A model generated the notes under the pieces. The model did not search any database and was not told where the DNA came from. It worked only from the letters and a program-made list of their open reading frames with translations. DNA of 61,735 nt, counting the filler, from Collodictyon triciliatum (Eukaryota): assembly GCA_043381765.1 (NCBI GenBank). It is 8 parts of 8 records of this genome, joined end to end, with 100 filler letters (N's around TTAATTAATTAA, not from the genome) between each part and the next. Parts side by side here need not be neighbours in the genome. Positions count along the whole stretch, not along the records: positions 1 to 13,946 come from JBHJMP010004282.1; positions 14,047 to 20,776 come from JBHJMP010004284.1; positions 20,877 to 27,608 come from JBHJMP010004285.1; positions 27,709 to 34,440 come from JBHJMP010004286.1; 4 more parts are not named here. One strand, written 5' to 3'. A program made the translations under genes and the position numbers. Shown here piece after piece: positions 1 through 30,700 of the stretch (position 1 is the stretch's first letter; every line of letters begins with the position of its first letter).

Positions 1-62
<62 letters not shown>

Positions 63-108
63 CATTATCATTATCATTATCATTATCATTATCATTATCG
101 TTATCATT
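1..108. repeat. (ATT)n/(ATCATT)n microsatellite
   Basis: Direct reading. Confidence 0.95.
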
Positions 109-207
109 GCTCGATTTGTTGGTTAAATGAAAAATGAGGAACTCAGCAACCTGAAATCCCAAGCTGGTCTCTACAGGAAGTGCATAAGGCGCGGGAGAGG
201 AAAGAAA

Positions 208-3200
208 ATGAGAGTTAAGCAATACTCGCTTACATTTCCGCTGCTTCTTTGTATTCTTGCCATGTTAATGACAAGTGTATTATGCGATGAGCTACCAGAA
301 AGTAAGCACCATTTTAATGAACTGTTAGATGATAGACTGCTTTACAAAAGATTATAAAAAATAATTCTTTTAAGATGCTTTTTTAATTGAGTAAGTGAAA
401 ATTGAAAAACAGAAAAACGTGTTTGTTGACACGTCGAAATCATGTGTTTATATGAAAGTATCAATGTGGTTTTTGTTTTAATTAATTATTTCTTTTCCTA
501 TCAATTATATGACATCATTTATATATTAATATTAATATATAAATGATGTCATTATATTTAATACGTCTTAAAAAAGCATATGAATTTTAACACCAAATAT
601 TAATAAATCAGAATATAGTAAAAATGAAAATCGTGATGAAACTCCGCAAGCGAAGGAAAATTATACACCCACAAAAACGACTCGGGAATCATCAAAAAGA
701 GTTCACCAACAGAAAACTTTGAATAATGAAAACCATGAATACAAAGCACACGATACCAGGTTTGCAGACAGAAATATATTGAATTTAGATGCCATGAAAA
801 TACTGAATATATATTTATCAAAATATTAACATGACCAGTATGATTTCAAAACTGAGTACTCAAGAGAAGAGGGAATTCATCCCAGACAACTTTTTTGATG
901 ATGATTTTGGGGATGATTTTGATGATGATTTTGATGATGATTTTGACCAATACATTGATGAGGGTTTTGATGAAGATATCGAGGAAAATGAAAATGAGTA
1001 TGAAATCACTTTATCAGTTCATAATTTGATTTCTAATTACCGTCGGATCTATGTCAATACCTTATTTTTAAATTAATGTGATATGAAATGAACTTGCCAT
1101 TTTCGTGGATTTCATATTATTTGATGTTGTTTTAGATTTGATTTTGTCACGCACATCGATTTGAGAGAACCTGAACAACTTGAGGGAGAAATGCTTTCTA
1201 ATGAAGAAACAATCGTAGATGGTATAGTTTCTTAATTTCCTTCATTCTCAATACATCAATCCCCGTATTTATTATTTTTATGTTTTCTTTGGAGAAAATG
1301 TGATAGATACTCATTAAAAAAAATAAAGAAAAAAACATCCTAAATGATGAGAGAGAATCAACGAAAGATACAGAAAATGGAAATATCGAGGCTCGCCAAG
1401 GGACTGGTAATGACTTACATCTTATTATTTTTTCCTTTATTCGGCCTACATCTTGTTATAATAATAGAAAACTTTTTATATTCAATGTTTGAGAATACGT
1501 AAATTGAATCATGAACAATTTTTCATGTAGAATTTGAAAGTCTCATGAAGAAAGGATTAGATGAATGTGCTCAACAAAATTACGAAAAAGCTCTGGAAAT
1601 ATTCATAAACTTGGGATCTGAAGATATTGCTGATGCGTGGGTTGAAGCGGGGAAAATATTACTGGTACTAATTTCTTCCGATAAAAATTTTTACGACGGA
1701 CATGGCTCATAGTTCATTTTTAAATTATGTCAATATCTTATACTTTTCTAAATTCAATTACTTCATAACAAATAAAAAAAAAATTCATATGTATAGCTCC
1801 ACCCAAGGAGTAAATCAGACTTGACATTGGCTAGGGAATATTTTCAAAAGTCCTCTGAAATCGGAAACTCGTTGTCACAGTTTTATTTGGCAATATTAAA
1901 CTTAATTCTTCAGACTGACTCTAAAAGAAATGTCCCGTTGGTAAGGATAAATATTGAGTTCCATTAAACATTCCTATGAATGTACCATTATAAGCGTCTC
2001 ACTCGTTTGATAATGTAAAAAATATGTCCTATAATTTCGTTCAGGTGAGACTTATCAGACTATTGGTGTGAATAATTCGAAAGAAACATTCTAATACCTC
2101 ATAGGCTCTCCTAAATTATCATTTTTCTGCAATTGGAGGAAACACAGAAGCCATGATAGCGTACTTTATCGCACAATATAATTCTATATGATAATATCCC
2201 ATCTGCGAATGAAAAATAATTGATTAGCTTTTGACGCGCCAGATTGGGAGTGAAACTTCAACTGGGTGAAAACTTACAGCTCTCATGTCCCCAAGCATTA
2301 GATATCTACTCTTCTGTTGCAAAAAAACGTAATTTTTGAGAAAGAACATCACTACAAAGCTACACAACGTTGGTCATACTTTATGAATATTGATGCCCAA
2401 CATACGTACTCATTTTTTAATGGAAATAAAATGGTTTACATAGTTTTTCCAGAGGTAAGACCAGCCGGTTATCTGTTAAAACATAATGAACAGAGTCGAA
2501 TTACCCTTATCAATGAGAATATAGCACAAAGCTCCAATATACTCATGCAAGTTAAGGTAATTGCAATTAATTTCAAACTCAATTTTGCTTTCAGATTTAT
2601 TCGACCAAGTTTTTATGCCAATTCAAATTATATTTAAATTAAATAACTACATAAAAATCAAGCATTCAGTAGATTATGGAGACATTCAAGGATTGGTATA
2701 TTTCTCAATTTTCCTAAATTATATGACGATCGAATATAGACACTTTCGAATTACTTAGATTCTAAAAATTGAATACAATCCAAAAAAAATCGATTATCTG
2801 CAATTTTTGAACACATGTTCTGTTAAAGTTAAACACAGGAAATATAAATCTTCATGGTATTTTGGGCATAAAACAAAACTTCACTAAAGCATTGGAATAT
2901 TTCAAGGTATATTTACCACGAAAACATCACAACAGACACATGTTGTGCTTTTTTGTCTCTCCTTTAATGGGTTTTCCTTCCTAGAAAGCTTCGTTGAGTA
3001 ACAATGCAGAGGCTTGGAGTCAAGTATTCTAGCCTATCATAATAATTACCCTCTGATGCAATACAAAAACACGAATTCAGGCATTTTTTTTAAAAAAAAA
3101 TTAATTATAAGATTGGCATTATTTACCTAAATGGTTATGGAGTGAAAGCAGATAATCAAATAGCATTCGACGCTTTCACCAAAGGTGCCGAGATGGTAAC

Positions 3201-5246
3201 ACAAAATTTATGTACCTTTCTGATGTAGAATGCAATACAAGAATTAAAGTATATATAATGAAATCAATCATCCTTTTGCCAAACAAAAAGATTATAATAT
3301 TGAAGTAAGTGATATTGTTGAATATATTATGTTTGGGTATTTATATGTCAAACTCGAAACGTAGAAGCACCATATCTCATACAACGGACTCGGTTACATG
3401 TACCTTCACGGAATTCATGTCGAACAAAATAGAAACAGTACTTTAATTTCAAACCCACGTTATTATTTTTTCCTTTTTTTTCTTTCAAAGTAACTCCACT
3501 TTCTCTGCAGTGGCATACCAGTACTTTAAGAAGGCTGAGGAATCTGGTAGTGTGGAAGCCCATGTTAACATCGGTGCGATACATTTAGGTCTGGCAAATC
3601 ATATAATTATCTTACCGTGGGTTTTCAAGAGATGTCATTATGGTCGCCATTTATGAATGTTTGAAATTACTCTCAAACAACTCGGCTTAATTGATATTCT
3701 TGATAGGAGGAACTGGTGGAAATCCGGACCAACAAAAAGCATTCCTCCATTTCACGATTGCCTCGCATGCCAAATATCCGCTGGCTTATTATTACCTTGG
3801 ACATATGCATGAAAATGTGGGCATATTAAATACTTAGATAAACATATCCAGAGGGAAGAAATCGCGATTTTTAATTTGGAATATAATCACTCCCTTGCAG
3901 GGTTGGGGAGCTCCTAAAGAGTGTGTTCCTGCCACAAACTACTACAAGAAGTTTATTGATGATGTTATCGCATACAAATATCTGAAACCAGCTGCCACAA
4001 AGTACCGCAAAGGGGTATTTATTTTATTTTATTTTATTTTTTTGCAGTAACTTTTGTAATAATTTCTTTTTAAAATACCACAATTTCTGTTGCGTTCAAT
4101 TTTGTGTGCCATTATAGGGTACCTGCACATATTAAATGTAACAGTTATTTTATTCAACTTTATTTCATGTAGGATTATTTAGGTGCATTGGTATTGAATG
4201 AAATAGGTTCTGAGTTGGGTTATGAAGTTGCACAAAGCAATGCTGCTTATCTTTACGAAAACAAGCTGGGATATGTAATGAGCTTACATTATACTTTCAC
4301 GAATTTTTGGAGCATGAGTAACTTGAAGTTTAACGATCGATGTAGTAAATATTCATTTCATAATAGGACAAGCCAGACCATCTGGAACTCGCTTTCAAGA
4401 GATATATGCAATCAGGTTTACTTTTTATTATGAAAATGACTCTCATATAATTACTCCATTTTTTGTTGGGCTAAATCTTACTTTTAGTTGGTATACGTTT
4501 TTCTTTTTCATTTTTCATTATACTTTCTGTTTTTTTTATTTTTGTGTTACTACCTTATCGAGCATTTGCCTAACCTATCGGTCAGCCAACCAAGGAATCA
4601 TGAAATCGCACATCAAAGTGGGGGATGGATACTACTATGGTATATACTTTTTTCTGTCATTACTTTAAGCTTTCAGAGCGTTTGTAAGAAGAGGGGACAA
4701 CTAATAATGACCATGAAAAGGTTTTGGTGTAAAACAGAGCTATGAGTCTGCTCATCATTACTACATGAAAGCAGCCAGGTCAGGCAGCGCCCAAGCTATG
4801 TTCAACCTTGGCTATATGCATCAATATGGTATAGTACTTTTCTCATATCCTTTTGAAATATACCAAGATGTTTCGTTTGTCTGAATAATGTTAATTGCCC
4901 GAAAAATGACATAGTTGGGAATACTAGTGGTTTCCATTAAAAATGTATTCTCTGTAATATTTTCCTCTCAGGAATCGGAGCCCCGTTTGACTTGCACATG
5001 GCAAAACATTACTTTGAAAATGCTATCACAATCAACAAGGATGCATTCATTCCTTCGCGATTGGCGCTCTTTGTTTTGGATGCACAGACGATTTGGGAAA
5101 AGCATAGTCCTGCAATCACATCTTTGATTGCAGAATCATCAGAATGGGTAGTGTCGACGTACTTGTCCAATCCAACTTTGTGTAATATCTGCATCGCTCT
5201 TTTGTCTATCTTCCTCGTGTCAGTCGGCATTTTGATGGTGAGGTAG
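208..5246 (+). CDS. SEL1L: SEL1L/HRD3-like ERAD component (signal peptide, acidic region, Sel1 repeats, C-terminal TM helix); many short exons
   Basis: Signal peptide MRVKQYSLTFPLLLCILAMLMTSVLC. Spliced Sel1-repeat exons give ELGYEVAQSNAAYL, ANQGIMKSHIKVGDGYYYG and [29 protein letters not shown]. C-terminal TM ICIALLSIFLVSVGILMV ends at TAG 5244-5246. The introns checked are GT-AG. Confidence 0.88.
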
Positions 5247-5854
5247 TGTAAAGAGAGATTTCAACCTTTCGTTGGTGAACAAACATAAATCACTTTGCTG
5301 CAGTTTTACTCCCAATGTTCCCGGCCGTGTATTTCTTTTTTTCTTTTGGATGAATTCGTAATCATTGGTGTGTACACCACAGTTACTTAACTGGGGTAGA
5401 ATTATAAAATTTGTCAAATGTATAATGGGCGTGTGGAAAGAATATATTAATGTGTAACTCTTCAATCATGCAAGTTTCGCATAGGAAACAACAATACTTG
5501 GCATTCTTTTTTTTTTCATCAAACTGTCCCGCATTGTATGGTTGTTTTTTTTTTAAAAAAAATAATAAATAAAATAAACACAACAGTGAATGAAATTATT
5601 GTAAAAATTAAGCATATTAGCTTTGTTATTGTAGTTGGAAAAATCATATATAATCCATATTATTGGTCAAAGGTCATTTCCGACTTCGGGTCATCGTTAT
5701 CCCGTATTATTTACTTTTATTCAGGCTTTGATAGTGGAAATATAAAGATGACTTAAATCGCTTGATTTCATTTTCTTTTTTCTTTTTTTTTTTTTGAAAA
5801 TGAGGCTAGTTGGTGATAATGCATTCATGAAAATATTCTCTTATGTTTTCTTTC

Positions 5855-13817
<7,963 letters not shown>

Positions 13818-13946
13818 GGATTCCTTGCAGGGTTTTATTGATACTTTTCTTTTTTTTTTTTTTTTTTTTTTTTCTTTTTTTCTTTTTTTCTTTTTTTCTT
13901 TTTTTCTTTTTTTCTTTTTTTCTTTTTTTTTTTTTTTTTTTTTTTT

Positions 13947-14046
13947 NNNNNNNNNNNNNNNNNNNNNNNNNNNNNNNNNNNNNNNNNNNNTTAATTAATT
14001 AANNNNNNNNNNNNNNNNNNNNNNNNNNNNNNNNNNNNNNNNNNNN
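13947..14046. other. Artificial contig spacer N-TTAATTAATTAA-N (also at 20821, 27653, 34485, 41313, 48139 and 54961)
   Basis: Identical 12-mer with stops in all six frames, embedded in ~100-nt N blocks. Confidence 0.97.
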
Positions 14047-14061
14047 AATTATTCTTTTCAG

Positions 14062-19269
<5,208 letters not shown>

Positions 19270-19913
19270 TTCTCGATTACCTACCTCCGGAAGGCTTCTC
19301 GATTCAAGAGCAATAAATCCAAGGAAAAAAGTGTTGGTGGTCTTCGTGGGATTTCATTCGATGAAAGAAAGAAAAGGAATGGAAGGATTCAGAGCCTGTG
19401 TGTGGGGGAAGGAGACACAAAGCGGACGAATCTATGGAATATATTTGGAATATATTACAATATTGCTTTCTTACTCATTATAGGGGACAATTTAGTCCTA
19501 TAATACATTTTATAATAAAATTAATACATATATGTATTTATATTATAAATTATTTGGCAACCAAGCGAACTATTCAGCGAAATTAGTGTGTCGTGTGTCG
19601 GATGTTTGGGAATGTGTCTCTTTTGTATTATTTCTAAGAATATACGCAGAATATGATTTATTGAGGATATTTGTCGGAGGAAGACCATTAACGGTCAACT
19701 TCAAACTTTTTTTCTGTTGTGTTTTTCCCAGCCGCGCGTTGGAACGGAGAATCCACACCCATGAAACTGAATCCCAATCTCTTTTTCTTTTTCTTGTGCC
19801 ATAAAAATTGTGATGGGGGAAAAAACATATCAACCAAATAGGGCAATCTCGCGAATAAATTTCGGACACGCATTACCATTATGCCACTTAGAAAAGAAAA
19901 GGGACAGAAAATC

Positions 19914-19950
<37 letters not shown>

Positions 19951-19965
19951 AAAAAAAAAAAAAAC

Positions 19966-19996
<31 letters not shown>

Positions 19997-20440
19997 AAAC
20001 GAAAGAAAACACAACAACCAATGAACCGAACAAGAGAGAGAAACGAAGCGAAAGAACAGGACAAAACACACACGACCACACAAACGCCTCTCTCGCGAAT
20101 TGTCTGTGATTTCTTCCGGTGGGGGGAATGTTTGGCCTGTGGTGTTTGGAGGCAGGATTCGGTTCATAGGGCGGGACTGGATCGGTTCCTTGGGTTTGCA
20201 ACCGTGTCTGATCGTGGCGGTGGTTTGCGGCGCAGGGTTGGATCCGATCGAGTTTTGTGCGTGGGTCTCTGCTCCGATCAGCAACGAGCCACATTGCTGT
20301 GGTGGCCAAGCCATGTGTGCCAGGTCGCAAGAGCCAAAGTTGTCCAAGGCATAAGCCGATGAGAGATTCTTTTTCTTCTCTCAAGTCTCAAGGCTGCTTT
20401 TTTTGCTCTTTGGTGCAGAGGGAATCCTCGCTTGGGCACG

Positions 20441-20777
20441 ACCAAAAACCAAAAACCAAAAACCAAAAACCAAAAAAAACCAAAAAACAAAAACCAAAAA
20501 ACAAAAACCAAAAAACAAAAACCAAAAACCAAAAACCAAAAAAAACAAAAACCAAAAAGACAAAAACCAAAAAAACAAAAATCAAAAAAACAAAAACCAA
20601 AAAAACAAAAACCAAAAAAACAAAAACCAAAAAACCAAAAACCAAAAAAACAAAAACCAAAAAAACAAAAACCAAAAAAACAAAAACCAAAAAAACAAAA
20701 ACCAAAAAACAAAAACCAAAAACCAAAAACCAAAAACCAAAAACCAAAAACCAAAAACCAAAAACCAAAAACCAAAN
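20441..20777. repeat. Imperfect (AAAAACC/AAAAAAC)n tract at the contig end
   Basis: Direct reading. Confidence 0.9.
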
Positions 20778-21145
20778 NNNNNNNNNNNNNNNNNNNNNNN
20801 NNNNNNNNNNNNNNNNNNNNTTAATTAATTAANNNNNNNNNNNNNNNNNNNNNNNNNNNNNNNNNNNNNNNNNNNNTTTTTCTTTTTTTCTTTTTTCTTT
20901 TTTTTTTTTTCTTTTTTCTTTTTTCTTTTTTCTTTTTTCTTTTTTCTTTTTTCTTTTTTCTTTTTTCTTTTTTACTTGGGGGTGACTGTGTATTAAGAGA
21001 ATGAGAAATCCTGGAACTCTAAGGAAGAAATGGCGCAAGTAAAAGAATACATATGAAAAACCAGGTCGAATGAGAAAAAAGAAAGAGAAAAAGAAAAAAG
21101 AAATGATAAAGGAAAAAAGGGGGAAGAGGAGGAAGGGATATGAGA

Positions 21146-21232
<87 letters not shown>

Positions 21233-21868
21233 TGGAAAGAAAAATGAAAAAGTGAAAAAATGAAAAAAATGAAAGTGATCGAGAGATCCAAGTCAAGGCG
21301 ATCACTCCTCTAGAGTCGCAGAAGCACGTGGTAAGCTTGTGAGATGATTTCTCATGAGGTGGCATAAAGTAGCGGCTCTGACAGAAAACCGTTGTGTTTG
21401 CCGGCGGGCGAAAGTGCGGTTTCTTTGCTGCGTCCACAACCCTGACCGTTTCTTCGCGCGGTTGTTTCCCAACGAATATAATTAATCAAACAGGACACAA
21501 TATCCCGATGGCTGGGCGTTGGCTGCGAGCATCAGCCTTCCAAAGTAAATGAAATCCCAATCACTCGCACAGTCGCTCTCACTATCACACAAGTGGGCTC
21601 TAAAAAGAAAAAGAAAAAGAAAAAGAAGAAGAAAAAGAAGAAGAAAAAGAAAAGAATACAATTGTGGTAAAGGAAGGTTTCAAAAGTGTATTATAACGAG
21701 GCCTGTTGGTTGTCCCTCGCGATGCTATCTAATTATTTTCTTCATCGCCACCACAGGATATTCAGTTGGAAGGGGCTGGACGGTTTTCTGCAATTAAGAT
21801 TCACACAAACACGTTCATAGACGCAACATTATGTGCGACTTGTCAGCAGCGAATCAATGTGGAAGCTA

Positions 21869-24591
<2,723 letters not shown>

Positions 24592-25158
24592 CTACGCGCC
24601 AACTTTTACTGCTGAAGGAGCTCAAGCAGCGTGAAGGAAGTTCTGTTTTGTTTTCCTGAGTCTTTTTTTCTTTTTTCTTTTCCTTTTTTTTTTCTTTTCT
24701 TTTTTTCTTTTCTTTTTTTCTTTTCTTTTTTTGTTTGACGACTAATGTGTGGGTTTGGCTGCGAGTTCTCATGTATGCTTTGTTGAATAGGAGATGAAAG
24801 GGTGGTTTCGGTGGTATGATTTATTTGACGGGTTTCACCGTTCGTGGAGTAGAGCAATTCATAGAGTGCTAAAAGCTATAAAGTACGGGTCATTCCATAG
24901 GTCAATTATGAAAAGAGGATGATAAAAAAAATAGTGTTTTTTTTCCTTTTCTTTAAAAAAAATGAAGAAAAAATGAGAGAAAAGAAAAGAGTAAAGGATA
25001 GTTGGGTGGTGAGGGGGTACATTGAGAAGTCTCGTTTTCATGTTTTGCCAGATGAAGAAAGGGAATGAATGGTGTCATGGATGTTCGAGTTTTTGTTGTG
25101 TGTTGCACGCGGAAATATCATCGAGAGTCTGAATAGGTAACAATGGTACAGCTTTGGG

Positions 25159-26730
25159 TTACAGATATTCGTGACGTTCTTGGCCCGGTTTACGCTTTTT
25201 TGGATGGGCTCTTTCAGGTGACGATTGAATGGCAGACGAAACTGGTGGCAACTTTGTGACTGGGCTTTGGTTGTGTCGCTCCGTTGATACTTCATCAACA
25301 TTGTGAGATGCGCTCGGGTTATTTTGCTTTAATGGCGGAAGATGAGACATATTTCTTTCCTTATCCTTGTCTTTGGGTTCTGGCATTATTTGGCTATCTG
25401 TGTGATTGTAGTTATGATTGGCGTGCTCGATAGGAGAAAGTGTGTTGTGTCTCGCAGGATTTTGGTTGTGGACCAGACTTTTGGGTTCTTGATATGTAAT
25501 CGGTGGAATGCTCAATGGAGAAAGGACTCTGTTGGCTTTGGCTTCGTGAGTTGGTTTGTTGTTTGCATCGTGGTTTCGCTGTTTGTGAGAGGGATTATGT
25601 ATTGGACTTAATTCTCCAGCTTGAATATTGCGGTGATGGTTCTCATGCTCTAGGAAAGCATATGTTGTTTGTACTTTTTGGCTCGGAGCTGATGTGGTGT
25701 TAAGTGGATGAGAATGTCGCAAGGGTTCGAGAGACTTTGCTTTTGTGGTTGCATCAAAGTCTAGTGGATTGTGAAGTGGTGATGGTTCTTGTTTGGATGG
25801 CATATGTGGTGTTCCTTGGAGTGGGCTTAGTTGGCGGTGTCGGCTGTAATCTGCTTGGATTGTGAGCGCATCAGCTTCCTTTATGCTTCCTGTGATGAGT
25901 GGGATGAAGTCCAATGGCTGCAATCTATTGGTGGGTGATTGCTGAGTGGGATGTGTGTGATGAGCGCTGATGTGATTCAAAAGTATGTTATTGATGCATG
26001 TAAAGGTAATTGACTTATCGATTTTCTCTTTTGGTTTATTTTTATGTTGTTGTTGTTGCTTGTTTGTTTGTTTGTTTGTTTGTTTGTTTGTTTGTTTGTT
26101 TGTTTGTTTGTTTGTTTGTTTGTTTGTTTGTTTGTTTGTTTGTTTGTTTGTTTGTTTGTTGTTGTTGTGTTCTCTACTACTTCAGATTGGAGCTCTGGCT
26201 GCGACTGGCGTCGGATTGAGGGTCGTTGTGAGTCGTTTTTGAGACCTATGACCCGCAAAGTTCAAATTATCTGGATGGAAAGGCATCTAGAGGAGGGAAT
26301 AAGCAAAACTCAAACACAAGAGAGTTTTGGTATCTTTGATCGGTTCGGGCCAGGGAAGCCCAGAAAGTATATTCGAGTGAAAAGAATAAAGAAAGAAGAA
26401 GAAGAAAAAAGAAAAAAGAGGGATAATAAACTCTCAAAAACCACACTGGTGGCGATAAAATATCAGTGTCGTACCATGTTCGAGAGCAAAGGTGGCTACT
26501 TTGCAGCTGTCGTGAAATGGGTCCCTGTCGAAAGGCTGCTTCTGTGTGATCTGCTGCATATTGGCAAATGAGTGAAGAATCCTCGAAGCCACCGGAGATT
26601 GTTCCAGTCTATTATTTTCTTGACATTCATTGATGCGAACATCGGTGTTCGGACAGAAACAAAGTTGCGTGTGATGTCGTATTTTGCGTGATTGGTTTTG
26701 TGTTTCAGCGAAGAGGGTGTCCTTCGCCAT
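25159..26730 (-). CDS. Hypothetical disordered protein with dispersed L-x-P-[LIV] motifs (probably 3 exons)
   Basis: 273-codon H/P/Q/S-rich ORF at 25159-25980. Upstream exons MAKDTL..ALEH|G-LKNDSQ..QSE| join with compatible phases at GT-AG sites, and a (AAAC)n tract lies in the intron. The start codon is uncertain. Confidence 0.5.
26060..26160. repeat. (GTTT)n microsatellite
   Basis: Direct reading. Confidence 0.95.
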
Positions 26731-27708
26731 GCCTCAGCAAAACAACGCAGCGAGTTTCTGATTTTGATCCTGCTTCTTTGAACAGAACACCTATTTTCCA
26801 TTTTTGTAATTGGCAACGGTTTTTAGGTTTCGTCGTGATTTAACTATTCGTGGAAATTATATGCATACTTGATTTATAACTTGCATTTCCATTATAATAT
26901 CAGAAATGATAATGAAAAGTAAACATATATATTATTCAAATAAAATTGACACAATAGCTTCGTCCAGTACCACTAACCTCCACATATATATTTTTGTAAT
27001 GTATTCAGCAGGTAACACGTTGCCAATTTACGTTCCACAAATAGGAATTGCTCGGCAGATGAATCAGCTTCGATCCACAAACCACAAGCAAAAAATTATT
27101 TCTGCCGCTTCCTTTACACGCGCGGCTGTCACGAGAGAATCACGCCTAGGCAACCACGATCACACCTCAGAAAACAAAAAGAAAGAAAAAGCGCACAATA
27201 AAAAAAAACGAAGCCACCTGAAATTAGAGAAAAAAATAGAATATGGACAGTTGTACCAGCATAAGAAAATCGAACACAGCAGAGCGATTCCCCTCGAAGA
27301 ACATCAATTGCCAAGGATATTGGGGTGTGGCAATTGTGATAGTGCGCTTCGGCCTCCTCTTTGCGTTCATTATGTGACTATAAATGGTGGCGTAACAAAT
27401 CCCAATCTCAGTTTCTCGCTCTGTTGCGAAATCGTGTGATTGTTTGCGTTCCGCATTGCTTTTGTTTCAATAATCATGTGACAAGTCTTTTATTCTTTTC
27501 GTTTTTTTTTTTCTTCTTCTTTTTGGTTGTTTGTTTGTGCGAGATTTGGAAGGTTTACATGACTTGCATATTTTTGTGGTGGGACTTTGGGTGTGTGGCG
27601 CCAAGGATNNNNNNNNNNNNNNNNNNNNNNNNNNNNNNNNNNNNNNNNNNNNTTAATTAATTAANNNNNNNNNNNNNNNNNNNNNNNNNNNNNNNNNNNN
27701 NNNNNNNN

Positions 27709-27775
<67 letters not shown>

Positions 27776-27797
27776 AAATGAACAACTGACGACAAAC

Positions 27798-30700
27798 CAA
27801 AACAAATTCTGGGTCCGTTTTTTGCAAGACAGTAATAACATCTCCTTTTTTGAACGAAAGTTCTTCCGGCCTTGTGGCTCGATAGTCCCGACTGGATACG
27901 TACTGCTCAGCTCTAATCACAGTGGATGCAGGAAAGTATCCAATCTTTCCTTGTAGCTCTCCTAATGATACATTCATATTATCGGATAATATTGTTCATA
28001 TATGATAGGACATGACATTCATATAATTTAAAAAAAACCAGAATAAATAGCTAAACAGACCCTTCCATTTTACCGGATCATTTTTTTCCAGAACAGTAAT
28101 GACAGAGTTGATGGGATAATTCAATTCATCCGACCGAAAACTTTCATATGGTTGTATTGAGACATACTAAATGAAATATTCGTGGTTATTTCCTTTCAAA
28201 TTTAAATCATTACATAATGTGGTCTAACGTTTGTTTAATCATAATTACATACTTGCTCCATGTCGACATAGCTAGCTGGCAAAGTTCCAACACGTCCATG
28301 AACCATTCCTTTCCAGATATCAGGAGTAAGCTTCTCCAATAGAACGATTCGGTCGCCTCTCTAATGAAAAAAAATCCAAAAGATATCGTAATCACAGTGA
28401 TGTTAAATAAATAACGAATAAAAGGTTATAAAGCGACAATGAATAAAGAAATGCGGGTATGATGAATTATACAAAGTGACTAGATGAGTTTATTTGGATT
28501 AATTGTATATAGTACCCGATTTCTTGATACCAAATTATACAAAAAATTTAATTGATAATGTATTTATTTACCTTGAATGGAAGTTCTCCATGCTTGGAGC
28601 CAGGAAAATCCCGGCGGGCTTTAACAGCACCAATCCCAGCATCTTGAAGCATACAAATATTCGATGGGGAAAACATTCCAACCACTCCATTAACAACACC
28701 TTTCCATTTATCAGGCCTGGAGAAGTCTAGCACACTAATGATATCTCCCTGCGTGCATATTAAATAGTTCAAGGGAAAAAATTGAAATAACATGGACAGT
28801 CTTGTAGAGAGAAATCACAATTAGTTTGATCATCAATATTTACTATAATACACAGTAACATTAAAAAAAAAAATTGAAAATAAATGGAAAATAAATGGAA
28901 AATAAATGGAAAATAAATGGAAAATAAATGGAAAATAAATGGAAAATAAATGGAAAATAAATGGAAAATAAATGGAAAATAAATAGACAAAATAGACAAA
29001 AAAGAAAAAGAAAAAGAAAAGACAACCAAAGGACATATAAGCGGATACAAACTACAATAGCTCTCGATAATTATATCGAAAGTTACCTTATATAATGCGA
29101 GTTCTTCAGGATTTGTAGATGGAACATCTCGCGTAACAATAACCTTCGTACCAGAATCTAATTCTCCGCTGTCTGATCTGAGAACTGCAGTAACGAATGT
29201 CCGGGGAAATATCCCGCTCCTACCATTTACTTCACCACGCCACCTACCAGATTCAGGTTGCAATATTTTGTAAAAATATAGGGAATGAAGATGACAGACG
29301 ATTATTCACATAAGCAATGAAAGACAAAAGATTCAATAATAATTATGACAAACCAATTTGGATCTGATTTGTCAAGGATTGTTATTATGTCGCCTCTCTG
29401 GAATGACAATTCTTCCGGCTTTGACCCAATAAAGTCTCGGTTTGCTATAACCTGCTCCAGCTCTAGACATGCAGCAGGAAGCAAACCTGTCTAAATAAAA
29501 ATAAGAGCAATAACAATAAATAAAAAGATAAGATAAGATAAGAGTAAAATATAATAAAGGGAACTTATACGTAAGCATGAATTGATAGATTTGACAAAAT
29601 GTCCCTTTGTATCATCGAATTTTGTGATTCTGATACAAATTAATAATTTTAGAGGGAAAAATAGAAGCCATTCTTATCACTTTTCCAGAGCCACTTTAAC
29701 AAACCCGCCCTCTTAATTCTCCTCTCCACCAAGTTGCATCAACATTTTCGATGATGGTAACCATATCACCTATTAACCAAAATGCATTTATATTCATCAT
29801 TGATGACTTAATAAAAATAGCCTGGTATTCTAAATGAATTTCTTTTTTATTCATATAAATTCGCCACCTTTTTGAAATGTAAGCTGGTCGGGTCTGTTTG
29901 CGCTGTAATCGCGTAGAGCCTTTAGTGGGTGCAGGGCTATCGGACTGGATTCCATAAAGAACCCTCGACCAAAGTCCTACAAGTATAGAACTGATATTTG
30001 TTGTTTTTTTCCCACTACTGTTCGATATCTCTTTCCTCATACAGTTTTACATTAATATAGGCGGTCATCCAGTAAGTATACATTAATTTCCTGATCAGTC
30101 ATTCTCCGCAAGTCACCCATAAGTAGTTTGTCAATCGCAAACTTTTTGAAATCTGAATGAATTGGTTATATCACATGAAAAAATGACTATGAATAGACAT
30201 GACTCCCCAAAGCCTTGTTTTTGTGATATTTTCTTTGTTAAAATCATTATGTGTCATTGGTTTGAAGCACTCCTTGAATTGACATTTTTTTTTTAAAAAA
30301 AATAATATGAATGATATGCCTAACAACTTAAGATGAGGATCCGTTTTCCTTTTCAAAAAAAAAACATTATTAATAGTTCTTGTGAAGAGCATTTCATTTT
30401 CTTTTTTACCAAATTTTTTGAGCCATGCGTGTTCCTGTTGATTTTCCTTTTTTTGCGGGGCTTGTGTAACCTGCTCCACTTCCTCATCTTCGAAGTGCAG
30501 AGGGGGGCTTGGTGGCCTTCCTGTCCATTTCATGGTGAATGCTCGTGTCCCTTCTGCAATATTAGATTGCAAATCAGATGTTTTTTTTTTTTAAAAAAAT
30601 AAAATGAAATAAAAGCTATGATTGTGTGGTGGTCGTGCCAATCGAAGAAAAAACAAAACAAGAGGTAACGAGGTACATACTATGTATATATAATTAAAAA

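Noticed and set aside
208-5246. Stop-codon reassignment to explain fragmented ORFs
   Set aside because: The stops examined fall within GT-AG introns. Long exons are stop-free, and genes end in TAA, TAG or TGA.
19688-20440. GC-rich overlapping ORFs after IFT140
   Set aside because: No recognisable protein features. This could be a terminal exon or promoter, but it is unsupported.
20441-20777. Telomeric repeat (also AAAACAG at 61602-61735)
   Set aside because: The units are irregular or differ between contig ends and match the general A-rich microsatellite background.
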